Assembly: GCA_050613775.1 (NCBI GenBank) | Contig: JBODTK010000122.1 | Coordinates: 186,001 to 250,000, forward strand | Direction of reading: 5' to 3' | Origin: Neocallimastix sp. 'constans' | Lineage: Eukaryota | DNA: 64,000 nucleotides | In this document: positions 25,941-43,823 of the stretch, in pieces | Layout: every line of letters starts with the position of its first letter | Position numbering within the stretch: the first letter of the stretch is position 1 | Made by a program: the position numbers and the translations under genes | The notes under the pieces: generated by a model | What the model was told of the DNA's origin: nothing | The model's database searches: none | Seen by the model: the letters and a program-made list of their open reading frames with translations, nothing else

Positions 25941-28584
25941 ATTATTAGTATTTGTATTTTTATCTTATTTTTTTTTATTAAATAAAAGAAATCAAAATGT
26001 ATTATTCATTTTCAAATAAAAGAAGATTTATTATATAAATTTTCTATTTTTCATATATTTCAATAATTAATAAAATTCAAATATATAATAATATATAATA
26101 AATGTATATTTTTATGTATATGCATATTTTTTTTCTTTTTTTCTTTTTTTTTTAAAAAAACTATATTAAATAATATATCATATTGTTTTTTTTTTTAAAA
26201 AAACTATATTAAATTATATATCATATTGTTTAAATATAAAAGATTAATAAATAAATAAATAAATAAATAAATGATATATTAATTAAATTTATTTAAATAT
26301 ATTTCTATGTGTATTCTTATTTTTTATCTTTTTTAAATTTATTTATGTACTGTAAATATTTACTATTTATTTTTATATCTATAGATTTAATTTCGATATT
26401 TATTTATAATCTAAAGTAGTATGAGAAATGGTATTCATAAAAAAAAAATACATAATCTAAGTAGTATGAAAAATGATATTCATAAAAAAAAATACATATA
26501 TATTTTTACATTTATTATATTTTAGAAAGATAGCATACTTTCTTAACTTCTCATATTTATTTAATAGATAATTAATCATATTTCTTTAATAGTTTAATAG
26601 AAAATAAATATTATCAAATAGATAATTAATCATATTTCTTTAATAGTTTAATAGAAAATAAATATTATTACAACAAATTTATTTTCTATTAAACTATTAA
26701 ATATATTATATATAACCATTAATTTAATATATATATTTTAAACCATGAAAAATATATAAATTATAAAATAATTTAGAATTTGAAATTGTGGATTAATTTT
26801 ATTATTTTAGATACATTTAATAATAGAAATAATAGAAATGTATATTAAAATTTTATATTGACCCACATATTAATTAATAAATTTGTAAATTATTTATTAA
26901 AATTACTAAAAAAAAAGTGAATTTTATCAAATATTAATCATAATTATAGTACATCTATTTTTTGTATAACATAAAAAAAAATTTTTTTTAAAATAGTATT
27001 TTTTAAATTATTTTATATACTAATTTAAATAAATAAATTTTAAAAAGTTGAAATTAAAAAGGTAGTACATATTTTATGTTTATATATAATCATAATTAGA
27101 GAATTAGTATATATCTAATTATCTAATCGTTGAAAATTTTAAAATCTAATAAAATTTTATAAATATAAAAATTTTATAAAGACTAAATCAAAAATTATGA
27201 ATAAAAATTTATTGTAATATATATTAATTTAATATATAATAAAATTCTTTGTATTGGTTTATTAATATATTTTAATTTAATTTAATACAATACATATATT
27301 AATAATTAACATTTTAATTGATTTATTATATATTATTTATTAATATAGAAACAAATAATTTATAAGAAATAAAATAATAAATTATAAATAATAATAAAAA
27401 TTTAAAAAATTTAAAAAAAAAATTAATTAATAAATTATTTTTAATAAAAAAATATATAAATATATTTAAATTAATTTGGTTATATATATATATAAAAGAT
27501 TTATTAATTATATAAATTAAATAAAAACAAATAACAACAGCAATAATTATATTTAAAATAGTAATAGTAACAATTTTCATATTAATAGTATTTTTAAAAT
27601 TATGAAATTGGAGATTTATTTATTTATTTATTTATTTTTATATTTTGTTTCGTTGTTATTATAATTTATATAATAATATTATTATAAATTATAATATCAT
27701 TTGATAATATAATGCAAAGATATTCTTTTTAAATATATAATCAAATATATTAAAATATTGCAATTAATATATATATTTATTTGTTTATATTAATTTTATT
27801 AAAAATTAAAAATAATAATCTTATTCTTTTGTTATATTCCTATTATTTTTTTTTTTTTTCACTTTTTTTTTTTTTTTTTTTTTTTTCATTATTTTGAAAC
27901 ACTTCATAATATTTAAATTATTAATAAAAATTATTTCTTTTTCTTATATTTATTTAAAAGTAACAAAAAAGGAGATATTCAATAAAATATAAAGGAAGAA
28001 TACAAAAATATATATATAAACTTCGTAAATAGTTACAAAATAAATTATAATATTTAATATTAGTAGAAATTAGAATTCTATTTTTCGTTAATAAAATAAC
28101 AATTATAATTAAGAAGAATGTAGTTTCAATATAGATAACGTTTACTCATTTTTATTTTTATTTTTTATATATTTTTAAATAAATATATATTTTTCTATTT
28201 TATATAATATTATACATATTTAAATTCAAATTTTATTTTATTTGGAAATAAAAGAATAAAATATATTATTTAAAGGAAAGAATTGTTACTATTATTTCCA
28301 AAACATTCTTTCTTTTAAATATATATTAAAATTAAAAAAAAGACGAAAAAACTCGAAAGAAAAAACAAATTAGTAGAATTATAAAATTTCTTTAGCTATA
28401 TAAATAAAATTTTTCGGTAAATTATGCAATATAAAAATAATTATATTAATGAGAAATATTAGAATGAAAGTTAAAAATATTCTTTGGAAATTAAAATAAT
28501 TCTATAGTTAATTAGTTAATATATTTTCCTAATATATTTTTGTGTTATGTATATTTTTTATTTTAATAAAATATCGATCAGAAC

Positions 28585-31201
28585 ATGGATTTATTAACAA
28601 AAATTGAAGAAAATAATGTTACTTCATTGTTAACTGATTATGAGGTATTTTTACAAGGAAAATAATTATATAAAAATGATATCTAAATAAGTAACTAATA
28701 AATACATATATTTTTTTAAATAAATAATAAATACACTTTATAAAATAGATTTTGGGTCAAGCTATTGCTAAACTTTATTTAGCTTTTCCAAATCCAAATT
28801 CATGGAGCTATTCTAATATTATTGGTGTGGTGTCTCTTGTTAAAAAATATAATAATTATTCATTTAAAATTGTTGATGCAGTAAGTGAATATAAATAATA
28901 TTTAAAAGTCAATTGAATATTATAATTTTTATAAATTTTTATATAATTTTTATAAAGAGATGTTTATTAAATATAATATTGTTAAAAAATAAAAATACAT
29001 AAATATAAATAATTTTTATTATTTATTAATTATTTTTTATACATATATTAAAAATTAACAAATAGGAAAAGAAAGAAATTGTATGGGAATATGATATTGA
29101 TTTAAATATGAAATATTCAAAATCAGAGGATTATTTACATGTTTTTCCATATAAAACACTTGTAAGCTTCTATTATTAATAGTATATTTTTAAATATATA
29201 TTAATAGTTTAACATTAAAAATAAATATATTTTATAAAAATAAAAAAGAAATGTATGGCAGGTTTTTCTTTTACAAATGAATCGGAAGGTCAAGAATTTT
29301 ATAATTGCGTAATAAATCGTAATGCTGATCCCAAAATTTCACCAGTTTCTAGTAGAATTAGTTCACCAAAAATGACCACAATTTCACCAGCCACTAAGAG
29401 TGTTAACATCGAAACTAAAAATAAAGATAAGAAAGAAAAAAAAGGTAATATTTTTTTTTAAAAAAAAAAAAAAAAAAAAAGAGGAAAAAATTTTTTATAT
29501 TCTGCAATATTAATAATAATTTCTTGAAATAATTAATTAGTATATTTTAAACAAAATATTAAAATATAATATATAATAAATTATATATATTTTAATAAAT
29601 ATTATAGATAAAAAAGAGAAGAAAAACAAAAAGGGACTTTTTGGTTTTAAAAAATCTAAAAAAAGTAAAAAGAGTGGTATTGATAAGAGTTTAATTGGTA
29701 ACCCAACAAATTTCCGGTAAATATTAATTTTTATTATTCATAATTATTTAGTGTAAATTAATATTTATTTAAATTTTTGTTATTACATTTATTTTATATA
29801 TAAATTAGTCATGAGCAATATATTGGTTTTGACCCGGAAAAAGGTTTTGTTGTAAGTATAAAAAAAAGTTAAAATTATATATATATATATATTAATGTAA
29901 AAAAGTATTTTTAAAAAAGTTATTAAAAATAATGATAATGATAATATAAATGAAAAAATAATAATAATTTATTATTTACGTAAGACTCAAAACGCAAGTC
30001 CTGAATGGCAAGAAATCTTTAAAAAGGCTGGCATTACTCCTGAAATTTTAGAAGATAAAAGAAACAGAAAAATTGTAAAAAAGTTTATTAAAAGACATGA
30101 ATCTGAAGTTAAACGTGTAGCTCCACCGGTTGTTGCTTCACCATTAAAGAAAGGTAAAAAAAGAATAAAATTGAAATCTTATTATTTTTTATTAATTATC
30201 AATAATAAATGGTATAATTAAAATTACATATATGTAATTAGAAAAAAGACCACCACCTCCACCACCAAAGAAGAGACCAGCACCACCACCACCACCATCT
30301 AGAAGATCAAATCAAACAAAAAAGGCTCCTCCACCACCTCCACCTCAAAGAAAGAAGCCACAAAGAGCACCAGCTCCCCCACCTCCTGTTCAAAGAAAAC
30401 CAGTAAATAATACTCCAGTTCAACCACCAAGACAATCCACACAATCTTCAATAGCAGTTCCACCACCACCACCAAGACCATCCACACAATCATCTGTACC
30501 TGTTCCACCACCACCACCACCATCAAGACCAACTACACAGTCTTCTGTACCTGTTCCACCACCACCACCAAGACCAACTACTCAAGCAACAACCTTTAGT
30601 CCAGCACCTCCACCTCCTCCACCAACTAGACCAGTAACTGGTTCAGCTGCTCCACCACCTCCTCCACCACCTACGGCTCCATCTTCTGGTAATGCTAAGA
30701 ATGATCTTTTAGCTTCTATTAGAAATGCTGGTGGTATTTCATCACTTAAACATGTTGATGAAACCCAAAAGAGAGACGCTAGTGGATTAATAACTCCAGG
30801 TAGTTCATCAGGTCCAAAGCCTATGCCAAGTTCTACTGGAGCATCTATGTCGGGTGATCTTTTAGCTAGTATAAGAAATGCTGGTGGTATTTCTTCACTT
30901 AAGCATGTTGATAAATCCAAAATTAGAGATGCTAGTAGTGCTAAACCTTCTGCAAGTGATAATACTAATGATTTAGCAGCTGCTTTAGCTCAAGCACTTA
31001 CATTACGTAATGACGCATTTGGAAGTGATGGTAAGATTTATATATATATATAATAAATAAAATTAATGAAAATATATATTTATATATATATTTCTTCTTG
31101 GAAATTATTATTGAATTATATAATTTTATATAATTTTTTTAGATGATAGTGATTCTGATTCAGATGAATCCGATGATGACTCTTCTGAATGGTCAGATTA
31201 A
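28585..31201 (+). CDS. WASP: WASP/Las17-family Arp2/3 nucleation-promoting factor (WH1 - basic - CRIB/GBD - poly-Pro - 2xWH2 - central - acidic); about 9 exons
   Basis: Exons 28585-28644, 28749-28880, 29066-29161, 29249-29444, 29608-~29716, ~29809-29851, ~29985-30153, ~30242-31030, 31143-31201. WH1 AKLYLAFPNPNSWSYS..IVWEY..H.F..AGFSFTNESE; IGNPTNFRHEQYIGFDPEKGF; DLLASIRNAGGISSLKHVD twice; DLAAALAQALTLR; acidic DDDSSEWSD*. Confidence 0.9.
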
Positions 31202-31825
31202 GCAATAAAATATATATATATATAAAACTATTATATTCACTCAAATACGGAGTAATGAAATTTTTTTAAAAAACTTTTTTAAGATAATTACATAAATATA
31301 TATAATCATAATTAACATAATATAATATAAACATAATATTTATAAATAAGAAATGGTAATATTCATATAATATTAAGTAACTACTACTTAAATAACAACA
31401 TTTATAAATAATGATAGTTATTTATTTTTTAAATACTAGAAAATTAAAGATTTTTTTATGTAAAAATATTTGAAGAATAGTGAAATTTATACTCTTATAT
31501 ATTATTTATACTATTCATAATTATATAAAAAAATTATAATTAATTTATTATCAATAATAGTTATTTGTTAAAAAATATAAAATAAAAATAATTTATTATC
31601 AATAATAGTTATTTGTTAAAAAATATAAAATAAAAATAAACTTTTTGTATTAAATTTAAAAAAAAAAAATAAAAAAAAAAATAAAATAAAATAAAATATT
31701 ATAATATTAATGTTAAAAAAGATAAAAAAAAAGAAAAAGAAGAAAATATTATGTAATATTATTATTAAAAAATAGATGAAAAAAAAAAAAAAATATAAAG
31801 TAATATTATTATTAAAAAATAGATG

Positions 31826-31859
<34 letters not shown>

Positions 31860-33103
31860 AAAAGAAAATTATAATATTATAGAAAAAAAGTGAAAAAAAA
31901 AAAAAAAAAAAAAAAAGAAAAAGAAAAATACTGTTAAAAAGAAAAATACTGTTAAAAAAAAAAATTAATAAAAATTTAATACTAATAATAATCATTTAAA
32001 AATTTTATAATTAAAATTCATTTATAATTGTTAATTATATTATTAAACAAAAAAAAAATTAATAATTTCTTTATAAAATAATAATTTTATATTTAAATTT
32101 TTTATAATATAAAATTATTATTTTATTAAGAAATTAATAAATTATTTCATTATTTTTTGAAAAGTTAATAATTAGTAAAAATTTATAATTCTTTTATATA
32201 TTTATTTTTTATATTTATTTATCTATTTATTTAGTTATAAATTACATTTTATATATAATTTTTATTGTAGATACATTAAAAAATATTAAAAAATGCAATG
32301 ATATAATATAATTTTATAATAATAAACTTGTATTTTATTGGATGTTAATGTTATAGTCTATCAAATGAAGGCTTGGGATTTTAGTGATTTTTATTGGATA
32401 GATTTATATTTGTTGTTCAGTTTTATAAAAAAAATAAATTATTATACATATTTTTTATTCTCGCAACAATTTTATAAAATATTTATTTATATATTTTATT
32501 AATAAAATATATATTAATATATATAATAAATATATTTAAAGGTAATATATTAAAAAAAAAAAAAAAAAGTAAAATCAGAGAATTAATGAGATTCCATCAT
32601 TTATATGAAATGTAAATTATATTTATTATTGAAAAAGAAGTGTATAATATGGCTTTCAGAATAATAAAATAAATTTGGAATAATGTGAAACCAAATATAA
32701 AAAATCAAATATATATGTAAATAACAAAAAGATATTTTAATAGGATAACTTCTTATTTATAAATTATCATTTTATTCAATATATTACAAAAAAAGCATAA
32801 TAATTAACTAATTACTCTTCATAAATACTTACTGTAATAATTATTTAAAAGAAATGAAATAAATATAATGGAAATAAATTTTAATCATTTTTCAAAATAT
32901 TAAATTTAAATGAAATAAAGTTTGATTATTTATATTTATATTTTAATTTCTATAATAAATAATAAAAATTAATTTTTATTTTTTTTATATGTATATATTA
33001 TATATATATTGTTATAATATTATATGTGGAAATTATATGAAACCAAATAAACCTAAATAGTTTAAATTATTATTCATTAATTTGAAAATTATTAAAATAA
33101 AAA

Positions 33104-35420
33104 ATGTTAGCTTCATCAAGATACGTTCTTCCACAAGAAGAAATTAAACCAGAAGTAATATAAAAATTTTATAATAATTAATAATAATATATCAATTCGG
33201 TTTGACTAATAAACATATTGTATATCTTTATATAATTTATATTTAATTTTTTTATTAATTAAAATTTTATGAAATAACCTAAATTGTCAAATATTTATAT
33301 TGTTTTGTTTTTTTATAACCTAAATTGTCAAATATTTATATTGTTTTGTTTTTTTATTTATTAAATATGAATATTCGTGATTAATCCAAATAAAAAAAAA
33401 TATGTTAAATACTAATATTAATAAACAATATATTCCAAAAAAAAAAAAAAAAACTTTAAACAAATGTATATATATAAAATGTAATAAAATAAATTATAAA
33501 CAAAAAATGAATTATTAAAAAAAAAGGCCTTAAAATTAGTTAACTTAATTAGTTCTTTAAAGGACGAAGGTGAAGGTGAAGCACCATTCTACAGTGAATT
33601 ACTTCAATTATTAGAAGACGATAAAGTTGCAGATGCTTTCTCAAAGATTATTGAAGAAACAGATCTTATTCTCACTAAGATCAAGAGTGAAAGAGGTTCA
33701 TATCAAATTGATAGATACATTAAAAAAGTTAATATTAAATAAAATGAAATTAATAAAATATTAATAATAAAGTAAAATTATAATATATTTGATTATATTT
33801 TTAAAAATATATAGATTTAGAATCAATCTTCAATTTAGAAATTGCAATTTGCATAAAGTCTAACTTAAAGCAATTAGTAGTCAGATTGGCCAATATCATT
33901 AGCGAAAGTCAAAATGGAAAGGCTTCTAGAAAAATGAAGATGTAATTATTTATATATGATTTTTGTTAGATATATCTTAAATATAAAAATAATTACACTT
34001 TCTAAATATTAATGTATAACACATTATATATATAAGTTTAAATAATATCTATTCCAACCTTGAAGTTAATGATCCATTAAGATACGATATTTACTTTGCT
34101 ATTGTCAAATTCTCAGCTAAGAACGATTATATGGATATTATTGTTAATCATTTAGTTAAATTAGATTTATGGTTAAAGAACTGGGGTTCCTCTGTAGAAC
34201 AAAAGAGAGAATTATTTTTAACTTTAAGAAATTTATTAAATGAATCAAATCATAAGTAAGTATTTATTAGTAAAATTTTTGTTTTTTAAGAAAAAAAAAA
34301 TTTTTTTTTGCCAAAAATAAAATAAATAAATAAATATAAATATAAAAATAAAAAATACGAAGTTATAAATATATATTTTTAATATATGTTTTCAAATTAA
34401 TAATAAATTAAATTGGTATAAATAATTTTAAAATTAATAGGATGGAAGCTTATGAATGTTTATTCAAATATCTTCTTACTTTTGAAAATGCTGACGCTAA
34501 TACTTTAAATACCTCTAAGGATAATGCTCGTGAAGCAATTAAGGAAGCTATTAATAATGAATCTATTTTCAACTTTGAAGAATTATTTAAATTACGTTCT
34601 ATTCAAAACCTTAATTCAGAGCCTTGTTTTGAACTTGCTAAAATCTTCTTAGCTGGTGATATTAAAGAATATGATAGCTTTGTATCAAGTCACAACAATA
34701 TTATAAATGAACTTTGTAAGTATCTTAATAGAATAAATATATAATAGTATTAATAATAATAAAATTGTTAATAAAGTTAAATATTTTTTTTATTAAATAA
34801 TAATAATACTAATAATTTAAAAAAAAAAATAGCATTAAATGATGAAGAATGTCGTAAAAAGATTCGTATGTTAACATTAGTTACTGTTGTTGGTCAAGAA
34901 ATTCCAGGAAGAGTAAACTACAGTGTTGTTCAAGAAGCTTTGAATGTTCCAGAAGAAGAAGTTGAATTATGGATATTAGATGGTAATTTTTTATTATTAT
35001 AATTATCATTAATAATATTACTTTTTTATATTACATAAATATTTAATAATATTATAATATTAACTTTATTAACAATAAAAATAGTTATTAGAGCTGGTCT
35101 TATTGATGCTAAAATGAACCAATTAGATAAAACTATTATTGTTAAGTAAGTATTTAAATATATTATAAACCTTAGAAAATTTAAGAATTAATACATAAAC
35201 TTATTTAATATGAAGTAATATTAATTTAAATATATATTCTAAATTATATTGGTTATTTTTTCATTAAAATATCAAATTATTAAAAAGCCGCGCTACTCCA
35301 AGACAATTTACTGAAAATGAATGGAAGAAATTAGATACTAGAATCGACGAATGGAAGAAAAATCTTGATGATATCTTAAATGTTATTGCTAACGCTAAGC
35401 TTATTGCTCAATCACATTAA
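33104..35420 (+). CDS. EIF3M: Eukaryotic translation initiation factor 3 subunit M (PCI domain); about 8 exons
   Basis: Spliced product includes DLESIFN, LRYDIYFAI, WLKNWG, IFNFEELFKL, KKIRMLTL, EEVELWILDVIRAGLIDAKMNQ, RQFTENEWKKL..WKKNL; stop TAA at 35418-35420. Confidence 0.88.
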
Positions 35421-35518
35421 ATAATATAAAAAATAAATATATAAAAGTTGAAATAACAAAAAGTCAGTAATTTATAAATTAATTCCGTAAATTAATTTTC
35501 AATTATAATTTTTTTAAT

Positions 35519-35556
<38 letters not shown>

Positions 35557-35603
35557 TATATATATTAATATTTTTTTTCTTTTCCTTAGAAAATTAATGA
35601 AGA

Positions 35604-35649
<46 letters not shown>

Positions 35650-36179
35650 TAAATAAAATAAATTATTTAAATTATTTATAATATGAATAATAATTCAAAT
35701 AAAAAAGCAATATATATATCATTTTTTAGAAAGTAAATAAAATATAATAAAATAAAAATGAAATAAAAAAATAAAATAATATTAAAAATGAAAAATTAAG
35801 TTTGAACTTTTAAACATACAAAAAATATTAATAGTAAATATTTTTTTTTGTATATATATTATAAAATAAAATCCCATTTATATATATATGTTTAATGTTA
35901 TATATATATATATATATTTATATATTTTTTTTTATTCTTATTTTCAATTATATTAAATATAATTTAATTATATATATAAATATAATTTTTTTTTTTTTTT
36001 TTTTTATTTAAATATTATTTACAAAAATATTTTCAATATTATATATATTATGAATAAGTACAAATATAAACTATTTTAATTCCTAAAAACCATGTTTTCG
36101 TTGACAAAGATATTTATGTATTTCTTTATTAAATTTTATTTTTAATTATTTTATTATTATATATTTATTTATTATTACA

Positions 36180-36785
36180 CTTGTTCTGAAAGTAACAGCA
36201 TATTTAGTTACATACACTGGGTACGTTTATGTCCTAAATTTGAAGAATTTAGGTAACATTTCATTCAATTTATTAATGAAAATTTTATTAATTTTTCTCT
36301 GATTATTCATGAGAAATCTTTTAACATTCATGATGATGAAGAGGATAATTTTGATGATAACATTAGTTTTTATGTACTGTGTCTCTTTCTTGACAGAAAT
36401 GTAGTATATGAAATCTTAAAAATCGATTCGGAAAAAAAAAAAAAGAAGTTTCATTAATAGTATCTTTCAATCACCTTTGAGAGAGTTTTTTGTCCAGATT
36501 TTATATTTTGTGGGTCCTGGAAAATTCTTTACTAATGTTATGTCTATATTGTGATTAATGATTTTTACACTATGTACACTATACGATTTATGTGTATACC
36601 ATTAGATCTATCGTTGTTAAGAGCAAGCATCGAGGTTGAAACGACAAGACAAAGATGAAATTCTGACACAGATTCGAATGATACAATTTATCCACATGGA
36701 ATTATTATCTACGAATGGAAAGTGTTAGAGACCATTTCTTCCTCGAAACTCGTAACGTAGTTTTTTAATATTAATGTAAAATAAC

Positions 36786-36815
<30 letters not shown>
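36180..36815 (+). mobile_element. Probable degenerate 3' end of a 5'-truncated non-LTR (LINE-like) retrotransposon
   Basis: GC-richer island with broken reading frames. CSESNSIFSYIHWVRLCPKFEEFR resembles the C..H...CP.F...R zinc motif C-terminal to LINE RT. Followed by a ~28-nt poly(A) at ~36786-36813. No RT domain visible. Confidence 0.4.
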
Positions 36816-36816
<1 letters not shown>

Positions 36817-37297
36817 AAATACATGAAATTTTTTACATTGTATTTTTTTTTTTTTTTTTTTTTATTATTATTATTTTTTTATAATAAATAATATTAAATA
36901 AAGTTTATTCCTTATCCATATATATTATTTATTATTACATATATTGATAGTTATAACATAATATATGTCTTCTTTTTCTTTTTTTTTCTTTTTTATTTTT
37001 ATAACAATATATTATTCAATTAATTACTAAATTATAAATAAAACACTTTTAAAAAAGAAAGTGATAATTTTAAATGATTATTATTTACTTACATTTTTTT
37101 ATTATGATTAATTAATATATAATTCTGATAAATAACATAATAAACAAATTTTTTAATATAAAAAAAAGAGTAATATGATTTATATGATTAATATTACAAA
37201 AATATATATTGTAAATTTTTTTTTTTTTTTAAAAAAAAAAAATATTATGATGAATGATTTAAATAAAATGATATATAATATGATAAAATATGTAAAT

Positions 37298-37422
<125 letters not shown>

Positions 37423-37590
37423 CAAAAATTATAATTTAATTTTTATTATTAATATTTTTTTTTTTTTTTTTTTTTTTCAATAATTCTAATATTTATATTA
37501 TTAATACTATTATTATATTAGAAAATTCCCCCATTTTCTTCCACCTATTATTATAATAAAAAATAAGTAAATATATATATATATACAAAT

Positions 37591-41568
<3,978 letters not shown>

Positions 41569-42948
41569 TTTTTTATATAAAATAATTAATAAAATAATTA
41601 AATATAATTTATAAATTTATTTCTTCGTAATCTTAATATTGTAATAATATAATATAATTCTTTATTATTATGTAATTATAAATAAAAGAATAAAATAAAT
41701 ATATGTCAGTATTAATTTAAATTTAAATTTAAATTTTAAAAATATTTCATTTATTAATTAGTTTTTTTTTTTTTTTAATTTTAAAATTTTATACAAAAAT
41801 ATTAATACAAAAATTTCTATAAAAGGTTTATTTTTTATTAATATAAAATAAAAAAAAAATAAAAAAAAAAAAAAAAAAAAAGTTTAATGCAATATAATAT
41901 ATAAATTAAACATATAATTAATAATAATTATTTACTGTATAAACAAATTTCATAAAATTTCATAAGAAAAATATATATATATATATATTTTATTACAAAA
42001 ATTATATATAAATTATATAATTTTTATGAATAATTCTTATATATATAGGATTAAAGTATGTTTAAATAAATAAAATATATATTAAAAGAATTATAATAAA
42101 TCATTAGTATTTTTTTTTAATAGTAATTATAGTAAGAAAGATATATCATTTGTTAAATTAATAATTTAAAATTAAATTCTAAATTGTACTAAGTTGGATT
42201 AATATTAAAAACCAAAAAATTTTATTATAAAAAAAAAAAAATTAAAAAAAAAATAAGTCTATATTACTTAATTTATGGTTTTTATTGATTTATATTTGAA
42301 ATTCGTTAAAATAATAATAATAAAATAAAATTAATAAAATAAATAAAACAGTAAAAAACATTAATAATTTCTTTTATTATATAAAATTATTATACAAATA
42401 TATAAAAAATGTTTTAAATGTTTTATATATATATAATAATTTTTATTTAATAGAAGAAATTATTAAGTAATTAAATATAATTATTTTTTATCTATTTATT
42501 TATTATACATATTAATTATAAGTTTTTCAAAAATATATTTAATATTACTACCTTTTAATATCATAAAACTTGAAATTTATATTCTTTTTCCAAAGGAAAT
42601 AATGTTAATTGATATTTATAATTAAGCTTTTTATTACTTTTTTTTATTATAATCTTTAAAAATTTCAAAAAAAAAAAAAAAAAATAAAAATAAAAAAAAA
42701 TTAATGTTACATATAGATTATTATTATTATACATAATTAATTAAAATTAAAAATCACACAATAAATGAAAAGTAAAAATTTTAATTAATTTATCATACAT
42801 TAAGAATACAAATATATCCAATTCTATTACACTAATTGAAAATTTTCTTTAATTATTTAAAGCTTTTTATTTTTTTTTATTTTTTTCCTTTTTTTATTAT
42901 TTATTTATTTATATATTTATTTATATATTTGTTTGTTTGTTTGTTTTA

Positions 42949-43070
<122 letters not shown>

Positions 43071-43672
43071 GAATTTCTTATTCATTTATTAAATTAATGA
43101 AGTTTATATAGTAACTTTATTCATATAATATAAATGATAATGTTGAAATACTAAACTATAGTAATAATTAAAAATTTTTTAATTATGGCAAAATTTACTT
43201 CATATCATTAGTTTACTTTGTTCGATTTTCCAAACACAAAAAAAAAAAAAAAAAAAAAAATTTTTTTTATTTTTTATTTTTTTTCAATGATTTTATTTTA
43301 TTTTATTTTATTTTATTTTTTTTTTTTTTTTATTTATTTTATTTTATTTATATTTCTTTTTGAAATTTATAATTTTTAATTGTATATAAAAATTAAATAA
43401 AAGCAAAATGCCAAATGTAATGAAATTTTTGATAGATCATTAATATTTTTATTAAACAAAACATATATATATATATATTAAAAAGAATAGTAATATAAAT
43501 CATATATTAAAATTATTAATTTTATTAATAAAAAAATGGAAAAAAAAAAAAATTAATAATTAATCTTAGTAAAAATATAAATATATATATATATATTCAA
43601 TTTACTCAATAAACTTTTTTAAAACTTTTACTATCTTTTTACCTTTATCATTTTCATATAAATATTATAAAT

Positions 43673-43707
<35 letters not shown>

Positions 43708-43823
43708 TTTTTATAGATCATTTTAAAAATTAATAAAATTGTCTAATTCATTTAAAAAAAAAAAAAAAAAAAAAAAGAAATAAATAAATAAATTAATTCT
43801 TTCAATTAAGTTTCAGAATAGTC

